The position numbers and the translations under genes were made by a program. DNA of 63,022 nt, taken from the NCBI GenBank assembly GCA_013115125.1, contig JABANN010000140.1:1-63022 (forward strand). The letters run 5' to 3'. The notes under the pieces were generated by a model. The model did no database searches, was not told where the DNA came from, and saw only the letters and a program-made list of their open reading frames with translations. Origin of the DNA: Perkinsus olseni (taxonomy: Eukaryota). This document shows, in pieces, positions 1 through 11,386 of this stretch. Position 1 is the first letter of the stretch, and the number at the start of each line of letters is the position of its first letter.

Positions 1-1732
1 TACTGCCGCTGTAAAATCAGCGTAGTTCGCTGCAGCATCGGCCGTCATACTCTCTATCGCTACCTTAAGTAGCCCCTCATCTTTGAACCTCAGAGCCGAT
101 ATGGACCAGGCGGCCAATGAAAAGGTGTTAGCCCGGGAGACGTCAGCCCGGTCTTTGAAGTGCTCCGCGAACTCGTACATCACAGTACGTATCCGATCAG
201 TGGGCCGCATCTCGACTTTAGCCAGCGCCCACATGAACATGCCAGCGCCCTCCTGGTCGGTGAAGCTCTTCGCCCCAGCTCTACTCGCCAAAACTACCAT
301 GTCCTCCAGCAGCGGTAACGCCTCGCCACGACCCACTCCATTGGTAGCCAAAGTAGCGATTCCCCACGTCGCTGAGCTGATATGGCGAGCACTCCATTCT
401 GCAGTCATTTGTGACTTCATCTTGGTGTAAGTCGCCAAAACAAGCCCATCCAAACCACCAGGGTAATCGCCCCTATTCGTCATCGTACCCAAGGCCCATA
501 GCACTGACGAGAGGTCAACCGGCAAATACGCTCTGGGTGATGTTTCCATGTGGGTTTGGGCGAAGCGCACCAGCTTAGAGTTCAACGGGGGGCCACTGCG
601 GGCTATGCCCCACAGCACGTTCGCTACATTCTGGGGCTTGGCCTTATCCATGGTAGCAGCAAGACGTTCGGGTAAGCCATCCATTGTCCATGCCGGAAGC
701 ATAGTCCCTCCGGCCCAGACGAGATGGGCGACTTGCTGGTTCTCGAAGTCTCGGAGCTTTCTAGTTGAGGCCTCCGAAATGATACGATCAACCACCTCCG
801 GGTGAACACCCAATGTTGCTAAGGACCACGCACAGAGGGATAGAGAGTGCGGACGATATTCACCACAGGTTTCGTTGATAGAAGCAACGCATATGCTCAC
901 AACCCCTTTGGCCACTTTCGGCTCAATCCCCAGCTTCGCGACGGCCCATAGGATGTTGGCAGAATGCTGGTCAGCGAAGCGGAACTTCGAATCGGCTCGT
1001 TCAACATACCTGGCCATGAGTGCGCTGGCCACCTCACGAGTTTCCGTCCGAAACTTCTCGGGCGCTCGTGCCAGTGCCCAGAGGGTGTTGGCGAGTTCCT
1101 GGTGATGAAGAGGCCGTGGGATGTCCGAGAGGCTCCTTAGGATCCGTGAAAAGTTCTCAGGATCGGCAGGCCAATTTTGAGCAGAGGCCATCGACCACAC
1201 AATGGTGGCTAGATGTCGTGAACCCATCTGGCCGATGAAGCGGTAGATCTTCGTATCGAGCTCCGTGCGATCAATCTGGTCAGCTGACCTGAGAGTGGCA
1301 GCAGGAGGCGAATGGCGGCTCATCGGCTTCCCAGCGGCGCCTACATTCGAGCTGCCTCGAGCTTCGCTGCCGCCCACGATGTATTTGCCAGAAGCTGCTG
1401 GATCTGCTCTCTCGGTACTTCATCTGCCTTCTCCATAATGTGTTTTAGTATGAAACCAACCGGAGACTTGGGGGTAAGACGATCACGCGGGGAGGAGGCC
1501 AGACGATGGAGGCAGGTGCAAAGGTGTATCTTCGAGGATAGTAGATAAGGAATAGGGAACGACTGAGAGGCCGATGACGGCAGTCCGAACTTACAGCTGA
1601 CATGTTGCCAATCTCTTCCTCTATAAGCTTGTTGATGCTTCTCGCGCCACCCTGAGCCGCCGCTTTGACTCGACTCTGCAGTTCAAGGTCAGCACGAGAG
1701 ATTTGAGCGATTCTTCTGGCGGATGGTGGCAT
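1..1732 (-). CDS. Helical-repeat (heptatricopeptide/OPR-like, RAP-family type) RNA-binding protein, multi-exon, 3' end runs off the window
   Basis: Manual minus-strand translation (not in the ORF track because it is open at the window edge) gives ~37-40 aa repeats: QLLANTSWAAAKL, HLATIVWSMAS, QELANTLWALAR, QHSANILWAVAKLG, HSLSLCAWSLATLG, QQVAHLVWAGG, PQNVANVLWGIAR, DLSSVLWALG. Start MPPSARRIAQ at 1732. Confidence 0.85.
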
Positions 1733-1792
1733 GTTGTGGTGGGGAAGGGCAAGGACAATGCAATCGAAACTCGACAGAATCAGCTCGGAAAA

Positions 1793-1865
1793 TGGAGAAC
1801 CCGGGCATCGATCCCGGTGCCTCTCGCTTGCTAAGCGAGCGCTCTACCATTTGAGCTAGTCCCCC
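1793..1865 (-). tRNA. tRNA-Ala (anticodon AGC)
   Basis: Minus strand GGGGGACTAGCTCAAATGGTAGAGCGCTCGCTTAGCAAGCGAGAGGCACCGGGATCGATGCCCGGGTTCTCCA: 73-nt cloverleaf, G3:U70 alanine identity pair, anticodon stem CTCGC/GCGAG around TTAGCAA, followed by TTTT. Confidence 0.97.
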
Positions 1866-2149
1866 ACAACCAACCCGAGGTTGTTTGTTTCGTGTATCGC
1901 TACGCGAGCAGACAACACTACTGAGATCACGGTAGGAAATGCACACCCTTGGTATTCCTGAAACATGAGCTCACTCTGACCCATGAAACCAGAGGAGAGT
2001 GTTTTAGATATATCGAATTCAAATGGTGAGTCTCTAAAGCCGCTGACGAACGAAGTGATAGAAGTGAGAAGTGCCCGGCAACTCAGTGCTGCGCTGCGGA
2101 TAGAAACCCAACGTGGTACGAACCAAACCCCCTTTTAAAGAGAGAGCTC

Positions 2150-3463
2150 TCAAAAGTTAGCCTCCGCCATCGCTATGACAGCTGATTCTGAGAAGCAAAC
2201 AATAATCGAGTTAGATCCCACACCAGTAGCAGAGACAAGCCTCACCGTCATCAACCTCTTCCTCGTCGTCATCGGCAATCGTGTACTCCGATACCTCATC
2301 GTCAGTGCACGCTTCACCCGTGTACCACCTGGGGCGCCAAGCAGCACCGATTATCAGGATATAGCCAGCGGCAAGTCAACACCTTATCGCATGGGGTATT
2401 ATGTTATCCTTCAACATTTCCGCCCTCTCCCAATCATCCGCCATCAACATGTGCAGGCGCTCGAGCTCATCTTCTAAAGACAGACTGCCACGACTGAGCG
2501 CTCCATGGCGGCAGCCCACCGTCGTCTTCGGAGTCCTCATCGTCTGGCAACTCCAACCACTCGGGTATGGGGTAGTTGGGCCCTAGGGAGCTGAGCACAT
2601 GATCCATCCATGCACTCCTCTAACCCATCGACTTACGTGAAGAATTTGAAAAAGCTCGGCCGATCGCGAGTGACGGTCTTCATAGCGGCCCTGTTCTTCG
2701 CCCCGGAGCCCTCCTTCTTCTTGCGCACCACCTCCACCGTGACATCCTGAGGCCCTCAGCATGGACCCTTGTATCGCGAGGCCACCCACCATGCCAGGCT
2801 TCCAGTCGATGCCATCACTCGCTATCTCAACGATCTCAGTCTGCTTGAGGAACTCCTTGCCCTCGCCGTAATGGTATTTCTTGCTGAGCTTATCATTGGT
2901 GAAATAGGGGTTTTCAGCGAAGGCGAATGTAAGAGAGAAGCCACACGGTGCTTCATCTCCTGCCGGACCTGCGACAGAGCGACCAGTGATGGAAAAGCCA
3001 TCAACTACTAAACGTACTAGAAGGAAACAAATCATCTGTCGTAATGTCCACAAGGTACTCCAATACCGGCAAGTCCCACTCCTCCACGTCATCCTCAAAC
3101 TCCGCCGAATTGCGCAGCACCTGATGCCGCGCCCACCCCCTCGGAGCAGCGTCCCTCCAGCTGACTTTCTCCCAGAATCCTTTCACATGACTTGACCCTC
3201 CCTCTCCGGGTTCAGCCAGCAGCTGGGCCCTTGCCTCGATGATGGGAGCGAGCTCCTTGTCGTAGCTTTTCTCTAGCTCCCTTATCTCCCTACCAAGAGT
3301 CATCAACGCAGAGGCACCAGCGGAGTATCCATGCACACCGTTCGAGCCGTTTCTGAATCTTAGTGTAATCATCATCCAAGGCAAGTAGTTTCGATACCAA
3401 CTCCTGAGGCAGCGTGGGGGCCTCCCCCTCCTTCTCAGCACTCGCTGCTGATGGGGCGGACAT
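2150..3463 (-). CDS. Nucleosome assembly protein (NAP1/SET family), multi-exon
   Basis: Spliced pieces EIRELEKSYDKELAPIIEARAQ, VKGFWEK|VLRNS, FSLTFAFAENPYFTNDKLSKKYHY, IDWKPG, plus an acidic tail; these are NAP family motifs. Confidence 0.9.
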
Positions 3464-3809
3464 AGAAGCCTAGAGGTAATCCGACATTGAAGCTCGGTCG
3501 CCAAGTGTCACCCCAGACGGCTGCGCTAGGTCGAGCTCTACAGAGTGTGTAGAAGACACCAATAAGGCGCGGTTCCTCGGCGAGGAATCCTCGCAATGGA
3601 CTCTATGACTGAACTCAAGAGAATAATAGATACATGACAGAGGCGACAAAAACTCCCTTCTTTATTGTAGCTGAGTGGTGGTGATGCAGTCACTACGACG
3701 AGGAGGAGGAGGACGGGGACGATACACTTACATAAGCGGTAAAATAATTGGTCAATTGTTACAAGGCCGGGATAGAATAGCTCGCCAACCAGCGTCACTG
3801 CCTGATCCA

Positions 3810-5303
3810 TCATACCCCTCTGCCACGTTCGCTAGCCACAGCACTCCCCCACTCCTCATCATCATCATTGTCACTCGAGTAGCCCCAGTCCACGTTAAGG
3901 TCCGAGCGTACTACCTTAGCTGCTGACACGGGTAGCCTGGCCATCTCCGGAGAACCGCAGGATTCGGTAACCATTGCAGCCCAGAGATCATCTTCACTCA
4001 AATCGTGTCTGCCCAGCATGATTCTCCGCAGGGCCTCGGGCGAAGTCACTTTCACAGGGTACCACACCCCAAGGTTCATCTCCCTTTCAAGCTGACCACG
4101 CTCCCAGGCCGCTTTGCCAACAAAAGTCCTCCTCGGCGTCGCTACTTCAGTGAGGACCTCAGCATCCTCCGTCTGTTTCCAGCCGTGGAAGAGGCCTATC
4201 GACGTCTCCTCAGGGCCTATGCTCAAGGGGCGTATCCCTCTCACAACACTCTCATGGACAACCTCGACCGAGGCCACCGGACCCCCAAACTGCCATCTGG
4301 ATGGGTCCTTGGTGACTTGTGATAGTACCGTCATGAAGGCTCCCTCCTGTGCACGCTGTTTGCCATGCATGTCCGAGAGCCAAGAAGCCTCTTCGCCCTC
4401 ACTGCCGCTCCCTTGCTCCTTCCCACTCGCCTGCTGCTGCTGTTGGCCCCCCTTGGCCCTCTGCAGAGAGGCCGATCCTACCCGCTTGTTCCGCCGTATA
4501 CTGCGGAAGAAGGCTGCCTGATCTCGCAAGATCTGCAACTCTCTCGTTCCCTCCCTAACCCTCCTATTAACTATCAAACCATCAGGCCTCCAGCCGTACC
4601 CACGAGAGACATCAGGCTTGTCGCCGCCCGTGATGACTATAACACTGCGCGTCCAGGTTCCCTCCTCGCAGAGGGGGTGAGCCAGCAGCACCAGGCCCGG
4701 CGCTACCGTTCCCCAGCAGGGTTCTATCGTTCCCTTCAACCAGGCCGGTACATCACGATCGGCTCTTTCCTCGAGCTCCACCTTATCGCATAAAGTGCGT
4801 ATCCTCGACAAGTGACGAAGGGCGGAGAACCAGGAGTCCGTAGAATCGATGCCGCTACGGAAGCACATTCGAACCAAGTCCACCAGACTGTCACCCGCCG
4901 ACAAGGAAGCGCAGGTCGCGGTGGTGAGGTGACCATCAGGACCGGGCACCGAGACCGGCTTGCCGGGGACGTAGTAGTCCGCACCAGCCAGGTAGGCTCT
5001 GAGGGCCTCGGCATACAGCGGGTCCTGCTTCTCCTCTACAGTCCTGTAGGCGTTGGTGATAAGGGACTTGTAGGCGGGGTTCTTGTCGAAGAAACGAGCG
5101 ATGCGCCAGAGACCTCGAAAGAGGGTTCCATCCACTGCAGAAAGGGCACCCCTAGGGACCCGAGGATGGAGCCCAGAACGCAATGCTGCCACTGCGCGGA
5201 CCTGCGAGGGGCAGAGCGTGCCCGCGATTCGACGCTGCATAGTGATGACGACGATAAAATCAACCGAAAGCAAGCAGCCACTGACCATAACGATCGTACT
5301 CAT
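3810..5303 (-). CDS. YqgE/AlgH (DUF179) domain protein, intronless; likely start MQRRIAG at ~5240
   Basis: Motifs PGLVLLAHP..WTRSVIVI, DGLIVNR, FGGPV and FVGKAAWERGQLEREMNLGVW match DUF179. Confidence 0.85.
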   Translation of the reverse strand: MSTIVMVSGCLLSVDFIVVITMQRRIAGTLCPSQVRAVAALRSGLHPRVPRGALSAVDGTLFRGLWRIARFFDKNPAYKSLITNAYRTVEEKQDPLYAEALRAYLAGADYYVPGKPVSVPGPDGHLTTATCASLSAGDSLVDLVRMCFRSGIDSTDSWFSALRHLSRIRTLCDKVELEERADRDVPAWLKGTIEPCWGTVAPGLVLLAHPLCEEGTWTRSVIVITGGDKPDVSRGYGWRPDGLIVNRRVREGTRELQILRDQAAFFRSIRRNKRVGSASLQRAKGGQQQQQASGKEQGSGSEGEEASWLSDMHGKQRAQEGAFMTVLSQVTKDPSRWQFGGPVASVEVVHESVVRGIRPLSIGPEETSIGLFHGWKQTEDAEVLTEVATPRRTFVGKAAWERGQLEREMNLGVWYPVKVTSPEALRRIMLGRHDLSEDDLWAAMVTESCGSPEMARLPVSAAKVVRSDLNVDWGYSSDNDDDEEWGSAVASERGRGV

Positions 5304-5440
5304 GCAGTAGAGTGACCGCGCGCCACGAAATTCCCCCCCGACACATTGAGAAAGTCAAGACCATGCTGTGTACGAAACGTGGACCATTAATGATTGGTAT
5401 TAGAAACTCTTCTCAATTTTGCAGAGATTACAGAGCAGCT

Positions 5441-5473
<33 letters not shown>
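5441..5473. repeat. (CAG)11 microsatellite just downstream of the PEX19 stop
   Basis: Perfect CAG x11 visible in the sequence. Confidence 0.95.
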
Positions 5474-5474
<1 letters not shown>

Positions 5475-5483
5475 GGCGGGGCG

Positions 5484-6986
5484 TCACATGATAGAGCACT
5501 GCGGAGGCTTGTCGCCACCGCCGTCCTTCGAGGAGGCATCCTGCATGGCCTTGTCCAGATCTCCCATCATCTGCCGCAGTAAATCTGATACAAGGGAATC
5601 GACAGGTCAAGGTGGCACGCCCACTGCTACCAGGATTATCGATCATTTCCTTCATCACTTTGGCCGACTCCTCGTCCATGCCTGCAGGGTTGCCCTCAGA
5701 CGCCGAGGTGTCGGACCCAAAGCCCATCTGACGACCACAAAGATACTCCTGGCTATACGGACCTCAACCCTACTATCACCCCCTTTAAAAACTGAGCGAA
5801 CTCTTCTGCATCCTCTTTACTAGCCGGTGCCGCCGCATGCTTCCCCTCCTCCCCGCCAGACGACGACGAGGCCGCCGCCGTAGCAGCAGCAGTTGGTGGA
5901 ACTATCCGCTCTACTACCTCCTCCGGTGGCGGCCCTAATGCCTGCAGCTCGCCAAACAGTCGAGAGGCCTGCCATTCCGACTCATCACAGCCTCCAGTTT
6001 CATCACGGCAGTACCTCCTGCTGCTCAGCATCGGTCAAGGCATCCCCCTCAGACTTGTCATAAACCTCGAGGACGGCTGCGTACTTCCTCAAGATCAGCG
6101 TGCACCTAACGACACGGTGTCATCCCTTCTCCTGCTGATGGAGACAGCAATGATTCCTACCGTTCCCGCTCCTTCTCATCCAGGTTCTTGCCTTCATCAG
6201 ACGCCAGGAACACTTGCAGCTCATCGCGTATCTTCACGATAGGCTCCCGTATCGCCTCCTTGGCAAACATACCTGAGAGCTCTTGCCTTAACCTGGTCAT
6301 GATACATGCGATAAGGACTGGCCACCAGGGAGAGGCCGATAGACAACGCCAAAGGTGTGAGTGGTGGCAGGCCTCGACGCGGAGTAATCGTGGCAAAACA
6401 CACGAAATGCGTTAAGCTAGAGCAACCGAAAACAACAGCCTCTCCCGTCGACCGGATGCAGACTTGTTCTCTCTAGACTCGTCATCGTGATCTCAGAGAC
6501 GACTCATCGCCTCCCTAGCAACCGCGCTTTCTGTTGTCCCTGGGTACCTTTGGTCAAACCATTGATTTCCTTCATAAACTCCTCATCATCGCCCAAGTCT
6601 AGCTTCCTCATAGCTTCCATCAGCTTCTGGAGGTCCTCTTCGTCATCTTCCCCTGATCTCCACCCTACCAACCATAACCACTGCACTCCAGGCTCTACCT
6701 CCTCGCTGGGCGCTCTCTGAGAGACCCTTCACCAGGTCGTTTAAACTCTGCTCCAGCGTACTAGCTTGCTCCTTCCCTTCTACCGAGGCCCCAGCAGCTG
6801 CCGTGGTGGCCTTCTCCCGGCTACCTGTGAAGTCACTCGAACAGCAGTACCCCCAACGGCGAGCTCACCCTCTGTCCCCCTACCCTCCTCTGCCTTCGCG
6901 TTGTCCATTTCCTTGAGGGTTGATTCGATCAGATCATCCAGCTCATCTGACAGCTCCGGTGATGACTCATGATTTGCGACCGGCAT
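5484..6986 (-). CDS. PEX19: Peroxin-19 (peroxisomal membrane protein import receptor), multi-exon
   Basis: N-terminal DELDDLIESTL (PEX3-binding-type motif), MFAKEAIREPIVKIRD, LQALGPPPEEVV, and a C-terminal CaaX box ...KPPQCSIM*. Confidence 0.88.
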
Positions 6987-7208
6987 GGGATAGACACAAC
7001 TGCAGACTAAATCATCCCCAACAGCAACGAGCCAACCGAACTGCGCATCTTCCGCGCCGAAAGTTCTGGGCGAGCGCTAGATTTCGTGGCGCGTGACTGT
7101 GTCGGCGCATGATGCTCCGATCGCCGGCACGGTCGTGATCCTTCGCAAGGGAATTCCTACTACCTGCCTTGCTCTAGCTATTACTCCCCTACTGTCATCC
7201 ATTGAACT

Positions 7209-10200
7209 ATGCTATCCATAATCCTAACAGGCTCTATCTACCTCTACACAGGACTCACGGTAAGCCTTGGGGGGGGCAGTGGGGGCCTCGATCTCACAAA
7301 TCTAGGATGTAGCCATCCAGAATGGGGGCATCTTTCCCAGCAGCAGAAGAGAGGTGTCGTTCGTGGAGGGCCGTTGTGTGGCCCGGATGCGCGCAAGTGG
7401 TGCCCTCTAGACCAGAGTCTGTTACCGCCAGTCTGACAGTCAGTGATAGGATTCTTTCCCGTTCGGCCTGCGGTCAGGGGGCGACGGGTAGATGTCCCCA
7501 CCGACTTCATGTTGTCAGGTGAGTCCGCAGCCACCAAACACCTCACTCCGGAAGGGAAGCGCGGTAATGGTGTGCGGGCCATTAATCCTAACCCAGCCTC
7601 AGCCCACCGTCCTAACCCTATCCTCTTCAGGCCTTCTTCCAGCGCACCTCATGGCCTATCGCTTCCGTGAGTCTCAGGCGCCACTGTCGTTCGCCCCCAT
7701 TCGGTCCATGTTAGGTATCCCAGCTTGCCGCTGGCCACGGACGCTACTTCGGAGTACAGTGCATGGAACAGCACTGCGGCAGTGCCCTCAACACCTGCCT
7801 CATGGAGGCCGACAAAAGTCTAGACCCCGAGTTTAACAAGTACGACCATACCCTCCTCTACTGAACTCGTCATCCCAGTGCCTTAGGGACAAGCAGGAGA
7901 TCAAGCAGTCCCAGTGCGGGGTAATGCTGCTGTGCCTTTGGAATGAGGAGAAGGACGAAGAGACCCTAGAGAGGCAACAGGACCATATCCCCAACAAGGT
8001 GCCTCGCACTGTCGTCACCTTAGCCTTCGATCTGCCTCTCAGCTCTCGCCTGCTGCCGCCAAAGCCCTCTCCCAGGCCCGGGCTGCTAGAAGGGGGAGAG
8101 GGGCTGATGTGTGCACCGATGGTAGACCACACCCGGCACCAGCTCCTCAGTACCGACGGCGTACCCTTAGGTATCACAGCAGCCGAGGAAAGCCCTGCGG
8201 AAGGCTCCCTGCTCAAGTGCGCTCAAGACTTTGGATGTGAACGCGTTGTTGAGTAAGCCTCCTACCAGCACCCTTTACCACTCACGCATTTGGATTTTTT
8301 ATTCAGCCACGACCCTGCTGAGCTCGCGGCCTCCACGGAGATACCATCAGATGACGCCGTAGTCCAGGTGAGCTCCTCCCTCGGCCCCCTCTTCTCGCCA
8401 GCGCGGCCTCGCCTTCAGGACACTTCTCTGCTCAAGGATGCGCCTTTGGAGAAGGCAAAGGTTGCCATTCAATCCCTTAGTCCTAACTGCCTCAAAAATC
8501 ACTGCTCCGCCGAGCTCTACGCTTGCGATGAGAGTGAGTCGTCTGTGGTCGGTGCAGGCGGATCATCATCATCGTCTTGCTTCAGACGCCGAGTGCAACT
8601 CCGTATTCTCATGCCTCGAGATCAACTCCGCCCGCCACGATAAGACTGACGCTAAGAAGTGCACCGATAAGCTCATGGGGCTGGACGAGATTAAAAAGAA
8701 CTTGCTGGCCTGCGCTGAGGCGGCCAAGTGCCTCCAAGTGAGCACCGCCGCCTACCGCCTCTTGCCTTACTCGTAGACGTTGCTTTCACAGGGCGAGATA
8801 TCCCCCTCACTGAATCTCAAGGATGATATCGACTCTATTCCTGCCAAGCCTAGCTCGCTACTCCAACTTTCGGGAGGGGTCTCCAGCCATGCTCGCCAAC
8901 AACACATGACTGAGGCGGAGGTGAAGAAGGCCTTCGAGGTTAGTCGGCAGAAGACGGACGAGATCCTTCATAAAGTGGGCCCGTATGGAAGCAGAGGCCA
9001 GGCGGGTGATGCCTGAGTGCAGGTCCAACAGCAAATGAAGAGTCTGAACGTTCAAATGGATAAGACCAGAGATGATGAGCAAAAGGGCATGGCTGAGCTG
9101 GAGAAGCAGAGGAAAGACGATGACACGTAGGTGGCAGCGTTTGGCAGCCTCTCCTGCCTACTGCCCGTCTAACATCAGCAAACTCGGGGCTGCAGAGAAG
9201 CGGTACGAAGCACTCGAGACGAAGGCGATGAGTGATCCAAGTAAGGTTTCTTAATATTGTGTCGGCGGAAAATCCGCTTCGCCTGCGAGTCTCTGGATGG
9301 TGATGGTGTCATTTCTGTCAGGCTTCCAGAGCGGCAATCCCACTGGTGCTGCTGCTGCTGCTGCTGCTGCGACCTCGAGCTTTATGGAGGGCGACATCCC
9401 CGACTTCCTGGAGCCCTTGAGAGAGGTGGCAAGGAAGGCTCAGAGCTTTGCTGAGGAGATGAAGAAGCAACAGGAAGAACTTGACGCAGTTGCCAGCAGC
9501 GGCGGTGCGGCCTATTATTATCCTCAGCCAGCCCTCGTACCCCTCTGGGGACACCTTAGGTACTCCCTCAGGGCTCTCGCTGATTCAGGAGAAAGCTGGG
9601 GTTGCTACGACGGACCAAGAGGACCGTGAGTTGGCCAGTGCGATGAAGGCCGAGGACGCCGATGAGGTTCGTACGGACAAGCATCTCGCCAAGGCTAGTG
9701 ATGCGGTACAACAGTTGGGCTTGAGCGGGCCTCGGTGCCATAGGCTGCTTCCTCAGTTGAACGAGCTACAGCGTAGCATTCGGGAGGAGTCTCGCGAGCT
9801 GGCACTCGAGGAACGGAATGATGCTTCCCACGTACAGTCTGGTGTGCATGATCTTGGCGATAACGACGACGGCCTCTCCTTACTCGAGGAAGCATCTGAA
9901 AAGAGGGACTGGGAGACTGAGTAGTGTACTCACCGCAGCCCCGGTCTCACACTTGGCCCTTCTCAGCCTCGAGCGACACGTGTCCGAGTGGAGAAGCCTG
10001 CTCGCCCATGACTCTACCAATAGACGCCACTTCACGCCCAAGGCAGATGACGGAGAAGAGGACGATGACGATGAGGCTTCCTCCTTCCTACAGGTTGCTG
10101 ATAAGTCCGATGCAACCGGAGATTGGATCAGCAAGTGAGTACAGTCCTCGTCCGCCGGCCGGTCACTCTGTCGTATCAGAATCGAGAAGTATCTGAAAGA

Positions 10201-11237
10201 GGATCGCCAGCGCGTGCTGGCCGCTCGCAATTCGAAGTTGAGGTCGTCGTCCTCATCGGATGTGCCGGAGGAAGAGAATGACGAATCGGCCTCCTTCCTG
10301 GAGACCTCAATGGTAGTCTCCGCGGCCACTGTTGTCATGACATGCACAGATCCGCTGGGGCTCTCAGGATGCTGAGAATGTTCGATCTGCTATACGTAAG
10401 GAGGCGGAGAAGACTCGAGACGTTATCAAAGTTCTCCAGCAAGTGCAGGAAGCCGTTGACGTCAAGAAGGCCTCTCAGGTAGAAAGGCGACTTCCGCTCC
10501 TTGCTCCTCGCAGATGATGTCGCTGTCGCTGTAGGGCAACAAGCACAGTAGTGGTCCGTCCTTCGTCGAGCAGGCTCAACCTGGCCATTTCAACTTAGAG
10601 AAGGCCCAGGAAGAGGTCGGTGCTCTCCAGGCCAAGTGGGCGAGAGAGGCCAAGAAGATTTCAGTACGGCCAGCATCCTATTCCTAGTGTTCCTTCCGAC
10701 TGTGTGCTGTCACCCCAGGCCCCCACTGCAGCCGAGGCAAGCCCCCGTACCAACACTAAGCTCAAGGCGATCGAAAAGCGGACGGCTAAGGCTGACAAAC
10801 ACGTGAAAAAGGTCGACCAGGAGTTCAAGAAGGCGCTGGTCTCGCTGAAATCTGTAAGGCTGATGCGCTCTCTGGGGCCGCAAATTCGTTCCAGGATATT
10901 CTGTCTCAAGCTGACATGTCCAAGGCTGTCGGAGCATCCTTCCTCGAGCTCGGGTCCCAGTCGAAGGCTCACGAGAAGCTCGAGAAACTCCGGGCGGAGT
11001 TGGACGCCGACATAGCAAAGAACGCCGAGAAGCAGCAGCAGATCGAAGAGGAGATGAAGGAGGCCGGGGGATCGCAGTCCCTACTTGAGGAGACCAAGAG
11101 AGAGGTATCCAAGGTTGATGCGTGGTAATGACAGAACACCGGTCCTCGGTGGTCAGGCGGCACTCCCGGTGAGCCTTACACAGGCCATGTCTCGACTGGA
11201 CGCTTTGGCTAAGCGACTGAGTAAGGAGAGTGCTTGA
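7209..11237 (+). CDS. Large multi-exon protein: Cys-rich N-terminal modules, then coiled-coil blocks separated by S-Phi-X-E/Q motifs (5' end uncertain)
   Basis: Exons joined by GT-AG introns: QCMEQHCGSALNTCLME, KCAQDFGCERVVD|HDPAE, NHCSAELYACD, AECNSVFSCLE..KKCTD..ACAEAAKCLQ. Helical blocks follow, with SSLLQ, SSFME, SLIQE, SLLEE, SSFLQ, SFLE, SFVE, SFLE, SLLEE; ends AMSRLDALAKRLSKESA*. Confidence 0.7.
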
Positions 11238-11386
11238 GCCTACCAGCCATCAATGATGATGTGCATTAACATGATAACCCAGAAGGGTGTTAGTCTACCA
11301 CCACTACGTCTGTTGAGCCGTCACTACCTATGAGACGAATACGCAACTCTTTGCAGCAATTACCTCACACACATTTCAAAGCACTC

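Noticed and set aside
83-1548. Plus-strand short ORFs from the track
   Set aside because: Antisense shadows of the minus-strand helical-repeat gene; the same applies to most short ORFs across this GC-rich window.
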